DNA of 64,000 nucleotides from Kiritimatiellia bacterium (lineage in GTDB: Bacteria; Verrucomicrobiota; Kiritimatiellia; RFP12; UBA1067): positions 32,001 through 96,000 of the forward strand of contig JBMNFY010000001.1 of NCBI GenBank assembly GCA_050949565.1. The letters run 5' to 3'. The notes under the pieces are model-generated. The model was given only the letters and a program-made list of their open reading frames with translations, was not told the origin of the DNA and did not search any database. Positions 1 to 9,471 of this stretch are shown here, one piece after another (position 1 is the stretch's first letter; the number at the start of each line of letters is the position of its first letter). The translations under genes were made by a program, and so were the position numbers.

Positions 1-1
1 T

Positions 2-1972
2 CTGGACACCTTCTGGGCCTACCGCGATCCGTACCCGGTTTACGAGAACCGTTATCTGATCTCCTATGGCGGCGGTGGCCCTCAGCGTTTCCGTATCTAT
101 CTGCTCGATGATATGGATAACCAAGCCCCGATCTATGAAGACCCCGCCACGAGCTGCTTCGCCCCGCAGCCGTTGCGTCCCCGGCCGGTGCCGACGAGGC
201 TGGAGACGACCTACGCCGCGAACCCCGCCGTTTTCCCGCTGCCGGCTGCGCCGCCCGGCCAGCCCACAGCGACGAACGTACCGCTCGGGCGGCTCATGCT
301 CACGGATGTTTACCAAGGTATGGGGCCGGAAGTCGCGCGCGGGCAGGTGACTTCCATCCGCATCATGGAGCAGATGCCCAAGACTGTGGATCGGACGTGG
401 AACTTCGTCATGGATCAAGGGCCGCTGATGAGCGCCTCGACCTACTACGCCAAACGCGTGTGGGGATATGCTCCGGTGGAGGCCGACGGCTCCGCGTACT
501 TTGAGGCGCCGGCGCTGAAAGAACTCTACTTGCAGGCGTGCGACGCCGAAGGACGCGAAGTGCGGCGCATGACCTCGGTGCTGCAACTCATGCCCGGCGA
601 AACGCTGAGCTGCGTCGGGTGCCACGAGAGCCGTCAGTCTGTCGCCGCGGCATCCAACACCGTGCCGCTGGCGACTCAGCGCGCCCCCACGCCGCTCACG
701 CTGCCCGAGTGGGGCAATGCCGGCGTGCTGGATTACAACCGCGTGGTGCAGCCCGTGCTGGATCGCCACTGCGTGAAGTGCCACCAAGGGACCGACCCGC
801 CCAAGGGCGTGTTGCTGACCGGCGATTTCACACGCTTTTTCAACATGTCCTACGACCATCTGGTGACCCGCACTCGTTCCGAAGAGGCTTCCCGCGCTCA
901 CTACACCGGACGCGCCGCAGAGAAACCGATGGTGCAGAGCCTCCATTTGCTGTACGGCATCGTCAAGCCCTTCGCACCCTTCGGCAGCGGTTCCTTCGTC
1001 AGCCGCCTGCCGGAGTTTCTGCAGAAGGCGCACTGCCAGACCAATATTCCGGCTGCGGATCGCCGCCGGATTTATGAGTGGATCGACGCGATGATCCCTT
1101 ACTACCCCACCTCCGACTACGCCCGCATGGAAGCCAAGTCCAATCGCGACAAATGGGCGCATCCCGACCGTAAGGAACTGCTGCCCTGGTTCACGGAGCG
1201 CTTTGCGCCGGTCTACAACCGCCGCTGCGCCGCCTGCCACGGCGAAGCGAAAGGCGATCTGGGGCTTGCGAACCCGCAACAGTGGTCATGGCTCAATCTG
1301 ACCCGGCCCGCATGGAGTCCGGCACTCAACGCGCATCTCGCCAAGAGCGCGGGCGGACGCGGCATCTCCGCAAAGGATTTCATGTTTCGCGATTCGAACG
1401 ATCCCGACTATCAGGCAATGCTCGCCGCGATCACAGAGGGCGGTAAAAAGGCCTACGAAGTTCCCGAAGCGGACATGCCCGGTTTCATCAACCGCTCACA
1501 ACACCGCGCCTTCGTCTACCGGCCGGTCGCCGTAAAGCTGGACACCCTTGCCGGGCGCGGACGGAAAACCGCCTCGCATTGCTGCGGCAGCGACAGTGTG
1601 GAAGCGATGACCGACGGTATTGTTCCGGCGAAGTCCTGCGACAATCTCCCCCGTTTTTCATGGTATCCCCGCAAGGGCAGTGTCGAGTGGGTACAGGTCG
1701 ATTTCCCGGCTCCCGCGCCCGTGTCCAAGGTAAGCGTGTTCTGGTTTTCCGATCGTCCCACAGGCGGCGGGTGCGACACGCCGCAATCCTGGCGACTGCT
1801 TTACCGTCACGATAACGAGTGGCGTCCGGTTGAGCAGCCTTCCGGTTTCGATGTGGCGTCCGACCGTTTCAATGACGGCATCTTCACGCGCGTCACCACC
1901 ACCGCCCTCCGCATCGAAGCCCAGCTTAAAAAAGACTGGTCCGGCGGCATCAGCGAATGGCGCGTGGAATAA
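2..1972 (+). CDS. 5'-truncated multiheme protein with HzsA (hydrazine synthase alpha) middle-domain-like region and C-terminal discoidin/F5-8-type-C-like domain
   Basis: Frame open from base 2. Contains KRVWGYAPVEADGSAYF...PGETLSCVGCHE typical of the HZS-alpha middle domain family, three CxxCH motifs (CVGCH, CVKCH, CAACH) and a C-terminal EWVQVDF...ISEWRV discoidin-like domain. Confidence 0.7.
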   Translation: MDTFWAYRDPYPVYENRYLISYGGGGPQRFRIYLLDDMDNQAPIYEDPATSCFAPQPLRPRPVPTRLETTYAANPAVFPLPAAPPGQPTATNVPLGRLMLTDVYQGMGPEVARGQVTSIRIMEQMPKTVDRTWNFVMDQGPLMSASTYYAKRVWGYAPVEADGSAYFEAPALKELYLQACDAEGREVRRMTSVLQLMPGETLSCVGCHESRQSVAAASNTVPLATQRAPTPLTLPEWGNAGVLDYNRVVQPVLDRHCVKCHQGTDPPKGVLLTGDFTRFFNMSYDHLVTRTRSEEASRAHYTGRAAEKPMVQSLHLLYGIVKPFAPFGSGSFVSRLPEFLQKAHCQTNIPAADRRRIYEWIDAMIPYYPTSDYARMEAKSNRDKWAHPDRKELLPWFTERFAPVYNRRCAACHGEAKGDLGLANPQQWSWLNLTRPAWSPALNAHLAKSAGGRGISAKDFMFRDSNDPDYQAMLAAITEGGKKAYEVPEADMPGFINRSQHRAFVYRPVAVKLDTLAGRGRKTASHCCGSDSVEAMTDGIVPAKSCDNLPRFSWYPRKGSVEWVQVDFPAPAPVSKVSVFWFSDRPTGGGCDTPQSWRLLYRHDNEWRPVEQPSGFDVASDRFNDGIFTRVTTTALRIEAQLKKDWSGGISEWRVE

Positions 1973-3105
1973 GCGCGCTTGGGGTTCTGGTCGCAAGTTT
2001 CATTCTTTAACGCAGAGGCGCAGAGACGCAGAGGTTTTTTTGAGGGCAGGGCTGGCCGCAAGTCGCGGGTCACGAGTCAACCTCTCTTGTTGCGACCACG
2101 CAGTGGTTCGCAACCGTGAGAGTAAAAACGGCGCCGTGCCTTTTCGAGTGTTTGTTTTCGTGGTCGCAACATTCGATCCCGATAGCGATCCCGATTTGGA
2201 TGAAACCGTGAAACCTTGAAACCAAAGAGAGTTGAAGGCTCAACTGCTTTTTTTTAGGATCAAGGGTTGTGAAACGTTTTCGCAGTGTGGTAATGTGTTG
2301 CCGTGGCAAGGCAACCGAGGCAGCAACGGAAGGATGGCGGTTCGGCTGAAAACCAACGGGCCTTGTATCGGACGACGGCGCGCGTATTGAGGTTGCTGGG
2401 AAAACGAAATGTCTAATGTCAAACTACGACCCCGATAACACGCCGCAATCCTGGCGACTGCTTTACCGTCACGATAACGAGTGGCGTCCGGTTGAGCAGC
2501 CTTCCGGTTTCGATGTGGCGTCCGACCGTTTCAATGACGGCATCTTCACGCGCGTCACCACCACCGCCCTCCGCATCGAAGCCCAGCTTAAAAAAGACTG
2601 GTCCGGCGGCATCAGCGAATGGCGCGTGGAATAAGCGCGCTTGGGGTTCTGGTCGCAAGTTTCATTCTTTAACGCAGAGGCGCAGAGACGCAGAGGTTTT
2701 TTTGAGGGCAGGGCTGGCCGCAAGTCGCGGGTCACGAGTCAACCTCTCTTGTTGCGACCACGCAGTGGTTCGCAACCGTGAGAGTAAAAACGGCGCCGTG
2801 CCTTTTCGAGTGTTTGTTTTCGTGGTCGCAACATTCGATCCCGATAGCGATCCCGATTTGGATGAAACCGTGAAACCTTGAAACCAAAGAGAGTTGAAGG
2901 CTCAACTGCTTTTTTTTAGGATCAAGGGTTGTGAAACGTTTTCGCAGTGTGGTAATGTGTTGCCGTGGCAAGGCAACCGAGGCAGCAACGGAAGGATGGC
3001 GGTTCGGCTGAAAACCAACGGGCCTTGTATCGGACGACGGCGCGCGTATTGAGGTTGCTGGGAAAACGAAATGTCTAATGTCAAACTACGACCCCGATAA
3101 CACGC
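1776..3105. repeat. 662-bp tandem duplication (3' end of the first CDS plus downstream intergenic repeats)
   Basis: 1776-2437 is repeated at 2438-3099; ORF pairs 1830/2492, 2070/2732 and 2240/2902 are identical and offset by 662. Confidence 0.95.
2303..2433 (+). pseudogene. internally deleted remnant of a RAYT-like (Y1 HUH) transposase gene; second copy 2965-3095
   Basis: A promoter-like sequence is followed by GTG-A-R-Q-P-R (MARQPR start typical of RAYT-like transposases), joined to a degenerate C-terminus ending E-M-S-N-V-K-L-R-P / ...tgtcaaactacgacccc. The catalytic core is absent. Confidence 0.4.
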
Positions 3106-3167
3106 GCGTATTGAGGTTGCTGGGAAAACGAAATGTCTAATGTCAAACTACGACCCCGATAACACGC
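3041..3167. repeat. short (~60 bp) tandem duplication ending in gaccccgataacacgc
   Basis: gcgtattgaggttgctgggaaaacgaaatgtctaatgtcaaactacgaccccgataacacgc occurs twice in succession. Confidence 0.9.
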
Positions 3168-3419
3168 AAGAAAACCAAGAAATGATGATAACTGGGGCAA
3201 CCATCATGTCCTTCTGTATCTCATTAGTTTAGCATCAATCGCTTTTTTAGTTACGCATTTTGTCCGCGATATGCGCGCTTTCTTTTCTGGTCGGGATGTC
3301 AATTTCTACGACTATTTTAGTGCTTTCTGTATAGGGTCTTCAATAATGTGCGGACGACTCCTGCGGTTGCGTCGAAACCGCTTTAAGGATCAACGCAAGG
3401 CAACTGAGACCTATGAAAT

Positions 3420-3764
3420 TTAAGGGTTGGTCCGCCCGTTATCAGTGCTTCCCTTGTTTGGTTCCAGCAATCCCAGATAGTCTCTTCTCGCGTACAGAAT
3501 ACGGATAACAACGATCTCCTTCCCCTCCATGCGATAGAAAACGAGATAGTTCTTGCACTGGATGAAGCGGTAGCCCTTCAGCACAGGGATGTCGGTTCGC
3601 AAGCGTGCACCCGTCTGTGGCATGGAGGCGAGTGTGCCAAGCTTCTCAAAGACAAGCGCGACAAGATCTGTTGCGGCTTGCGGATTGAACAGGTCTTCGG
3701 AAATGTACCGCTTAATCTCCTTCAAATCCGAAATCGCCTGTGGAGAGAACCGAACGTCGGACAT
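3420..3764 (-). CDS. RelE/ParE family toxin
   Basis: VRFSPQAISDLKEIKRYI...LASMPQTG...YLVFYR...VIRILYARRDY; lies directly downstream of a Phd-type antitoxin. Confidence 0.9.
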   Translation of the reverse strand: MSDVRFSPQAISDLKEIKRYISEDLFNPQAATDLVALVFEKLGTLASMPQTGARLRTDIPVLKGYRFIQCKNYLVFYRMEGKEIVVIRILYARRDYLGLLEPNKGSTDNGRTNP

Positions 3765-3766
3765 GG

Positions 3767-4012
3767 CTAGCCCTCAAGTTCCTCCATTGCGGAATCCATC
3801 GAAACCCATCCATGTTTCCGAGCGGATTCCTCGCCTTCCGCCAGAGCCGACATGAGTTCCAGTTCGGCACGCAACCGTTCGTATGCACGAATATCAACGA
3901 TCGCAAAACGCCCGTGCCCGTTCTTTGTTAAGAAAACCGGTTTATCCGCCGTCACTTCACGTAAAACGTTGTTGTAATTTCTGAGTTCGGAAACTGGCTT
4001 TATGGTCGGCAT
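3767..4012 (-). CDS. Phd/YefM family antitoxin
   Basis: MPTIKPVSELRNYNNVL...PVFLTKNGHG; strong SD (GAGGAGG) before the ATG at 4012. Confidence 0.9.
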   Translation of the reverse strand: MPTIKPVSELRNYNNVLREVTADKPVFLTKNGHGRFAIVDIRAYERLRAELELMSALAEGEESARKHGWVSMDSAMEELEG

Positions 4013-4039
4013 GACACCCCTCCTCTCTTCTTGAAACAG

Positions 4040-4068
4040 ACTGTAGCATAATTCTTCGAGGAATACAA
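4040..4068 (-). promoter_or_regulatory. putative sigma70 promoter of the TA operon
   Basis: Minus strand TTGTAT-N17-TACAGT with a TGn extension, 28 bp upstream of the antitoxin start. Confidence 0.5.
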
Positions 4069-4124
4069 CGGCGGAGTATCGTCCGGCGTGTTTTGACATG
4101 AGGCAATCAAGGGTTGTGAAAATT

Positions 4125-4246
4125 TTGGCGGTGACAAGAGTCGCGCTGTGCGCGGGTCGCGGCACCGCTTTTGCATGCCGCCTTGCCGCCGCAGCCATGC
4201 TCAAAAAGCGGCGTCGCGCGGAATACCGCTTGCCGCCGTCTCCAGA
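4125..4246. repeat. degenerate REP doublet (gcggtgacaag...caccgcttt / aaagcggcgtcgcg...ttgccgccgtctcca)
   Basis: Two inverted, imperfectly palindromic units. Confidence 0.5.
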
Positions 4247-4286
4247 TCTGTTTGCCAGGCTTGTGAGTGAAGCATTTCAACCCCCC

Positions 4287-4335
4287 GTGGCATGGGCGTC
4301 CCGCCCATGAAACACGGGCAAGATGCCCGTGCCAC
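4287..4335. repeat. REP doublet (REPIN-like) GTGGCATGGGCGTCCCGCCCATG-AAA-CACGGGCAAGATGCCCGTGCCAC
   Basis: GTGG tetranucleotide plus palindrome, in an inverted pair. Identical copy at 56487-56535, inverted variant at 27572-27623, half copies in 8525-9471. Confidence 0.85.
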
Positions 4336-4409
4336 ACCCTTTGTGACGGGCAACGCGGCTCATGTTAGGAACAGAAGAAACCGTTCAACAATTTGTTAGG
4401 TGGCAAAAG

Positions 4410-5027
4410 ATGAAAACGGAATTTCACACATTTTTGATCGCGATGTTGTTACTTACATGTGGCTGCTTCGAGCAGGCAGAAGTCACAACTGGACAAACTG
4501 ACAGCGACCGCATTGCTGATATCAACCATGTCGCGTCAATTATGGAGGAATATAAAGGGCTGTATGGCAAGTATCCCCTTTATGAGGCATGGGAAAATGG
4601 TCGGTATCAGCCCACCGTCTATATCCGCATAACCGATCACGCTCTTTCAGATGATGAACGATTTATGCCCGGAGTAACTTGTACGAGTCTGACGAAAGCG
4701 TTCTTTGAGGACTATTTGTCAAAGCATTTACACCGAACGATCAAATTGCCCGTTGATGAAAGGCCCTTGAATGTGTCAGAAGGATATCAATTTGTTTTTG
4801 ACGGGAAAGATTATTTCATCTCATGCACCCTCGAAAAGGCTACCGACAGAACTCGCCGACTTGCGCATGGCGTTCACAAATATCAACTGTCATCCACGTC
4901 GATTCCTGATCGGAAAATATTCAAAATCAAAAAGAAAACTAACCAAGCATTGTGCTCGCGAGGATACTCACCCCCCAAAAAACCTCTGCGTCTCCGCGCA
5001 CATCCCCGTCACTTGCCTACAACTTGA
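4410..5027 (+). CDS. AT-rich putative lipoprotein, hypothetical; possible former integron cassette
   Basis: MKTEFHTFLIAMLLLTCGC lipobox-like signal; visibly lower GC than neighbours; GTTAGGT 9 bp before the ATG. The C-terminal ~25 aa read into repeat DNA. Confidence 0.6.
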   Translation: MKTEFHTFLIAMLLLTCGCFEQAEVTTGQTDSDRIADINHVASIMEEYKGLYGKYPLYEAWENGRYQPTVYIRITDHALSDDERFMPGVTCTSLTKAFFEDYLSKHLHRTIKLPVDERPLNVSEGYQFVFDGKDYFISCTLEKATDRTRRLAHGVHKYQLSSTSIPDRKIFKIKKKTNQALCSRGYSPPKKPLRLRAHPRHLPTT

Positions 5028-5038
5028 GCGTTAAACCT

Positions 5039-5770
5039 AAAAAGAGCAGTTGAACCTTCAACTCTCTTTGGTTTCTGGTTTCATGGTTTCATGGTTTCAT
5101 GGTTTCATCCAAATCGGGATCGGGATCGCTATCGGGATCGATTGTTTAACCACGGAACACACCGAACACACGGAAAGGCATGGCTCTGTTTCCGTGTATT
5201 TAGTGTGTTCCGTGGTTCCAATCAGAAATTGCGTTCTGCACCAAATAGGTGCGGCGCGAATCTCAACGAAAGCCAATGTTTACGGGGCTTTGCTCAAAAT
5301 CTGCATGCTCAACTGCTCTTTTTAAAAGTTGGGCGTTGAGCGTTAAACGCTCGGATTTTTTATCCACAGATGGACGCAGATTTTTTGGGGGACAGGGATT
5401 TCCAAATCGCTATCGGGATCGCTATCGAATCAAAATCGAAATCGCCCGTCGCAAGTCGCGGGTCGCGAGTCAACTCTTATTGCGACCACACAGTGGGCGC
5501 AATGATGAGTGTAAAAGCATTGCTCTGTTGTTTCACGCGAAGGTTGGAGGGCGAGTGTCCCCACGAGCCGCCTTCCGCTGTGCGGAAGGATGGGAGGGAC
5601 GAGCGTCGCTCGTCTGCGGGCAAGCAGACGCTTGTCCCTCCCGGCGCTTCGCAAGCCCGATGGCAAGAGCTGGAGGGCGGCATCGGGGTGGCGCACAAAG
5701 ACGGAAAACTTTGTGGCCTTCGTGGCCTTTGTGTGAGATTTAATTGGCCCGCATTACCTCTTACCTCTTA
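5039..5770. repeat. composite intergenic repeat mosaic (6-, 7/8- and 9-mer microrepeats plus REP palindromes)
   Basis: ggtttcat x3, gggatc/gctatc runs, aaccacggaacacaccgaacacacggaaa, cgcaagtcgcgggtcgcgagt, ttgcgaccac..gtgg..cgcaatga, ggagggcgagtgtccccacgagcc, ttacctc x3; most units recur elsewhere in the window. Confidence 0.85.
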
Positions 5771-6694
5771 CCCATTACCTATTACTTGATTCAGATAGGC
5801 ATTCTCAAGGTTGTCGCCGCGTGTGATGGTGGAGACATCGCATTGGGCGAGTAGCGCGGGGAGCAGGATGCGGTTGATGGCCTCGGCGGTGAAACGGCGC
5901 GAGTCGTAACGGCAGGTTAGATCGGAAGTCTCCGCATTGAACGAGAAGGTGGCATCCGACACGGCGGCGGTAAGCGCGGCGTAGTCGGCGGGTTCGCGTG
6001 TGACGCGGTAGACGAGTGTACTGTTCTTGCCGACCACTTCCTCCAGCGTGGTGTTGCGTACGGTGCGTCCCTTTTCGATAAATGCCACGCGGTCACACAT
6101 GGCTTCGATGTCGTTCAGGTTGTGCGAACTGATCACAAGCGTCTGACGTCCGCGTCGGCGCGTGAGGAAGGTGCGCATGTGGGCGGCTTCGCGCGGGTCG
6201 AGTCCGCTGAGCGGTTCGTCGAGCAGCACGAGTTCTGGGGAACCGATGAAGCACTGGGCGATCATGACCCGTTTGCGCATACCGTGCGAGAGCGATCGCA
6301 CGGTGGCGGTCAGGCGGTCTCCCAGATGCACCTCGCGCAGCATCTCGGTCGCGGCACGTTTGGCTTCGCGGCGTGTGAGCCGCTGCAACAGGCCATAGTG
6401 CGTGAGCAGATCGATCGGCCGACTCTCCAGAGGCAGTTCGGAATCTTGCGGTAACAGCGTGATGCGCCCGCTGTGAAGAGCGGGATCGAAGGGGCCGCAG
6501 CCCAGCAGATTGATGGTGCCACTGTGCAGGTGAAGCAGCCCGGCGATGGACATCATCCATGTCGTTTTGCCTGCGCCGTTGGGGCCGATCAATCCCAGCA
6601 CGGCGTAACGTGGCACGGCAAGGGTCAGGCCGTCCAGTGCGCGGCGCGCGCCATACCGTTTGACCAATTCGGTTGATTCAATCGCGTAGTCCAT
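5768..6694 (-). CDS. ABC transporter ATP-binding protein (ABC-2 type)
   Basis: Walker A GPNGAGKT, signature LSHGMRKR, Walker B LVLLDEP, H-loop SSH; start MDYAIES at 6694. Confidence 0.93.
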   Translation of the reverse strand: MDYAIESTELVKRYGARRALDGLTLAVPRYAVLGLIGPNGAGKTTWMMSIAGLLHLHSGTINLLGCGPFDPALHSGRITLLPQDSELPLESRPIDLLTHYGLLQRLTRREAKRAATEMLREVHLGDRLTATVRSLSHGMRKRVMIAQCFIGSPELVLLDEPLSGLDPREAAHMRTFLTRRRGRQTLVISSHNLNDIEAMCDRVAFIEKGRTVRNTTLEEVVGKNSTLVYRVTREPADYAALTAAVSDATFSFNAETSDLTCRYDSRRFTAEAINRILLPALLAQCDVSTITRGDNLENAYLNQVIGNG

Positions 6695-6696
6695 GA

Positions 6697-7602
6697 TTAA
6701 ACGTCGCGGGTGCGGAAAAAGGCATAGCCGGTGAACAGATAACAGAATCCAAGGGTGATGAGGGTGGCCGAGCCCGCAATCAACGGGGCGGGAGCGTTCC
6801 GCCACAGCAACATCTTGTGTGCGTCGGGCAGCAGTTGGCCGAGGTGCGGCAGGTAGGCACGCCAGCCGGTGTCGGTGGTGAAGTGGCGGATCAGGATGGA
6901 GAGGACGAAACAGGCCGTGATGGCGAGAATGCCCATCACCGTCGCCTTGCTGGATGAGCGCGTAAGGTGCGACAATCCCATAGCCAAGCCTAAGTAGGGG
7001 ATGGAGTAAACCCACGCGCGCAACGACCACTGAACCATGTTGAAGAAGAGGTCGGGCGTGCCGGAACCGGCCAATCGGATCTTGGCGACGATATAGGCAC
7101 TGGTTCCACTTAGGAGAAGTGCCAGGCCGATCATGAACATTTGTCCGATGAATTTGCCGATCGACCAACTGGCGCGCGACGTGCGGAAAAACACGTAGCG
7201 CACCGAGCCTGACCCGATCTCCTCTGCGATACGGTTGCTGGCGACCAGCACAACCAACAATGGCGTGTAAAAAAAGGCGAACCAAGCGTAGATTAACTCT
7301 ATCGGATGTTTGCCGGTGATGTCGCGCAGAACCAGATCGTTCCGCGTCATCTGTTTCATCATGCGCTGGAACGGTTTGGATTTCCAGAGGGCGGTTGACA
7401 CCACGCCAGCCTGTTCCGAGGCCGGAAGCTTCAAGGCTGTGGCAAGTTCGGATTCCAGCCTGTGCAGCAGATTGATCGACCAGTGCATGTTGCAGACGGC
7501 GGCCGCCAGATAGAGCAGCAAGACCACCAAGGCGCGTCGGCTGCGCAGGGCGTCGAACCACTCGTAACAAGCAATATGCCACGTTTGGACCAGCGTACTC
7601 AA
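6697..7602 (-). CDS. ABC-2 type permease
   Basis: About six hydrophobic segments, IAEEIGSGSVRY and IGKFIG motifs, terminal FRTRDV; adjacent to the ATPase. Confidence 0.88.
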   Translation of the reverse strand: MSTLVQTWHIACYEWFDALRSRRALVVLLLYLAAAVCNMHWSINLLHRLESELATALKLPASEQAGVVSTALWKSKPFQRMMKQMTRNDLVLRDITGKHPIELIYAWFAFFYTPLLVVLVASNRIAEEIGSGSVRYVFFRTSRASWSIGKFIGQMFMIGLALLLSGTSAYIVAKIRLAGSGTPDLFFNMVQWSLRAWVYSIPYLGLAMGLSHLTRSSSKATVMGILAITACFVLSILIRHFTTDTGWRAYLPHLGQLLPDAHKMLLWRNAPAPLIAGSATLITLGFCYLFTGYAFFRTRDV

Positions 7603-8402
7603 CGAGGCCCCCTTGAGTAACGGCGGCGACCGCTGGAGCCGGGCGCGTTTTCGAGTTTGTGTTGGACTGCGATCAAAGGTTCGGCTACAGCCGGATCGAT
7701 GAAGTCCGTGATTTCGAGTTGGGACGCCTCGCCGCGCAACTCGTCCGGCACGATCACGGCGAGGTCGTCATAGGTACGCACGAGCGAGGTGGTCATCTCA
7801 TTGAAAAACCGGACACCGAGTTCCGGCGTCATCTCTTCGCCCAAGGCCAGGGTGTCGGCAAGTCCTTGCATGGTAGCCTGCAACTCTGCGTTCATGGCGT
7901 CGATCGAAGCATCGAACAGTGCCGTGGCCTCCGCATCCAGCTTGAGGCGGTTGAGCCATTGTGAGCGCGCGATCTGCACGCGGGTGGCCCACAGTTCCTT
8001 GGCCTCCTCAATGCGTGCTTGCAGATCTTCCGGCGACGTCCTGCGAATCTCTTCGTTTTCCGCGTCTGGAGGCGGAGGCGTATTCGTGGCGGTCGCAGGG
8101 GTGGGGGTATCCGTTGTTGCCTGCGCGACGTGCGTTGTTGGTGCGGATGTCGTCACATCCGTGTCGCGGACGGCTGGTGCCGGTTTACGGTCGGGGCCGG
8201 GAACATGGGTAGCCCGTTCGGGGATTTGAACCATGCGGGTGATCGCGTCGAAGCGAGAATCCTTCTCACGGCTCGATGTTTTCGTTTTGAGGTCATCCAT
8301 CTCCCGCCGGAGCATCCGCAGTTCCTCTCGCGGCGCCCACCCGCCGATCAGGATGCCGATCAACACGGCGAAAGGCAACAGCAGAAAAGATTTCATGATC
8401 AT
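7599..8402 (-). CDS. membrane-anchored hypothetical protein
   Basis: N-terminal TM helix, coiled coil, Pro/Thr linker and helical C-terminus; overlaps the permease start. Confidence 0.7.
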   Translation of the reverse strand: MIMKSFLLLPFAVLIGILIGGWAPREELRMLRREMDDLKTKTSSREKDSRFDAITRMVQIPERATHVPGPDRKPAPAVRDTDVTTSAPTTHVAQATTDTPTPATATNTPPPPDAENEEIRRTSPEDLQARIEEAKELWATRVQIARSQWLNRLKLDAEATALFDASIDAMNAELQATMQGLADTLALGEEMTPELGVRFFNEMTTSLVRTYDDLAVIVPDELRGEASQLEITDFIDPAVAEPLIAVQHKLENAPGSSGRRRYSRGPR

Positions 8403-8524
8403 GAAGCATATCACGCGGCGGTTTGCAACGACGAGTGTAAAAGCGGTTGGAATGTCATTTTTGGAGGGCGAGTGTCCTCACGAGCCGCCTTCCGCTGTGC
8501 GGAAGGATGGTCTCAGGTTTCATT

Positions 8525-9471
8525 GCGGAGCGCCGGGAGGGACGAGCGTCGCTCGTCCGGGCGGCGTTTTACGCCGCCACACGGGCAAGATGCCCGTGCC
8601 ACATCTAGTCACCCGTCTCGCGGAGCACTGGGAGGGGCAAGCGTCTGCTTGCCCGCGGACGAGCAGACGCTCGTCCCTCCCCAGCGGCGGTCACGCCGCC
8701 ACCCCGTAAAAAAATCTCTGCGCCTCCGCGTCTCTGCGTTAAAAAACCGACGAAGTGTAGGGACAAAGTGTTGCTCTGCTTTTTCGCCGCTGCATAAGCC
8801 ATTCATCCGTCTCGCGGAGCGCCGGGAGGGACGAGCGTTGCTCGTCCGGGCGGCGTTTTACGCCGCCACACGGGCAAGATGCCCGTGCCACATCTAGTCA
8901 CCCGTCTCGCGGAGCACTGGGAGGGGCAAGCGTCTGCTTGCCCGCGGACGAGCAGACGCTCGTCCCTCCCCAGCGGCGGTCACGCCGCCACCCCGTAAAA
9001 AAATCTCTGCGCCTCCGCGTCTCTGCGTTAAAAAACCGACGAAGTGTAGGGACAAAGTGTTGCTCTGCTTTTTCGCCGCTGCATAAGCCATTCATCCGTC
9101 TCGCGGAGCGCCGGGAGGGACGAGCGTTGCTCGTCCGGGCGGCGTTTTACGCCGCCACACGGGCAAGATGCCCGTGCCACATCTAGTCACCCGTCTCGCG
9201 GAGCACTGGGAGGGGCAAGCGTCTGCTTGCCCGCGGACGAGCAGACGCTCGTCCCTCCCCAGCGGCGGTCACGCCGCCACCCCGTAAAAAAATCTCTGCG
9301 CCTCCGCGTCTCTGCGTTAAAAAACCGACGAAGTGTAGGGACAAAGTGTTGCTCTGCTTTTTCGCCGCTGCATAAGCCATTCATCCGTCTCGCGGAGCGC
9401 CGGGAGGGACGAGCGTTGCTCGTCCGGGCGGCGTTTTACGCCGCCATCACGGGCAAGATGCCCGTGCCACA
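8525..9471. repeat. tandem array of a 289-bp REP-rich unit (~3.3 copies, BIME-like)
   Basis: Units start at 8525, 8814, 9103 and 9392. Each holds ggagggacgagcg..gctcgtcc, cacgggcaagatgcccgtgccac, ggaggggcaagcgtctgcttgccc and ctctgcgcctccgcgtctctgcgttaaa. Confidence 0.95.

Noticed and set aside
2-1972. Anammox hydrazine synthase
   Set aside because: Only a shared domain; no hzsB/C-like neighbours, and the surrounding genes indicate a glycan-degrading heterotroph.
2416-2634. 72-aa standalone discoidin ORF
   Set aside because: It is only the duplicated 3' end of the upstream gene, created by the 662-bp repeat.
3168-3419. Additional small gene downstream of the RelE toxin
   Set aside because: AT-rich fragment with frequent stops; no family recognisable.
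5768-7582. 604-aa ABC ATPase with long N-terminal extension
   Set aside because: The extension is an alternate frame of the permease gene; the real start is MDYAIES at 6694.
8525-9471. CRISPR array
   Set aside because: The 289-bp units have no unique spacers and no cas genes are present.
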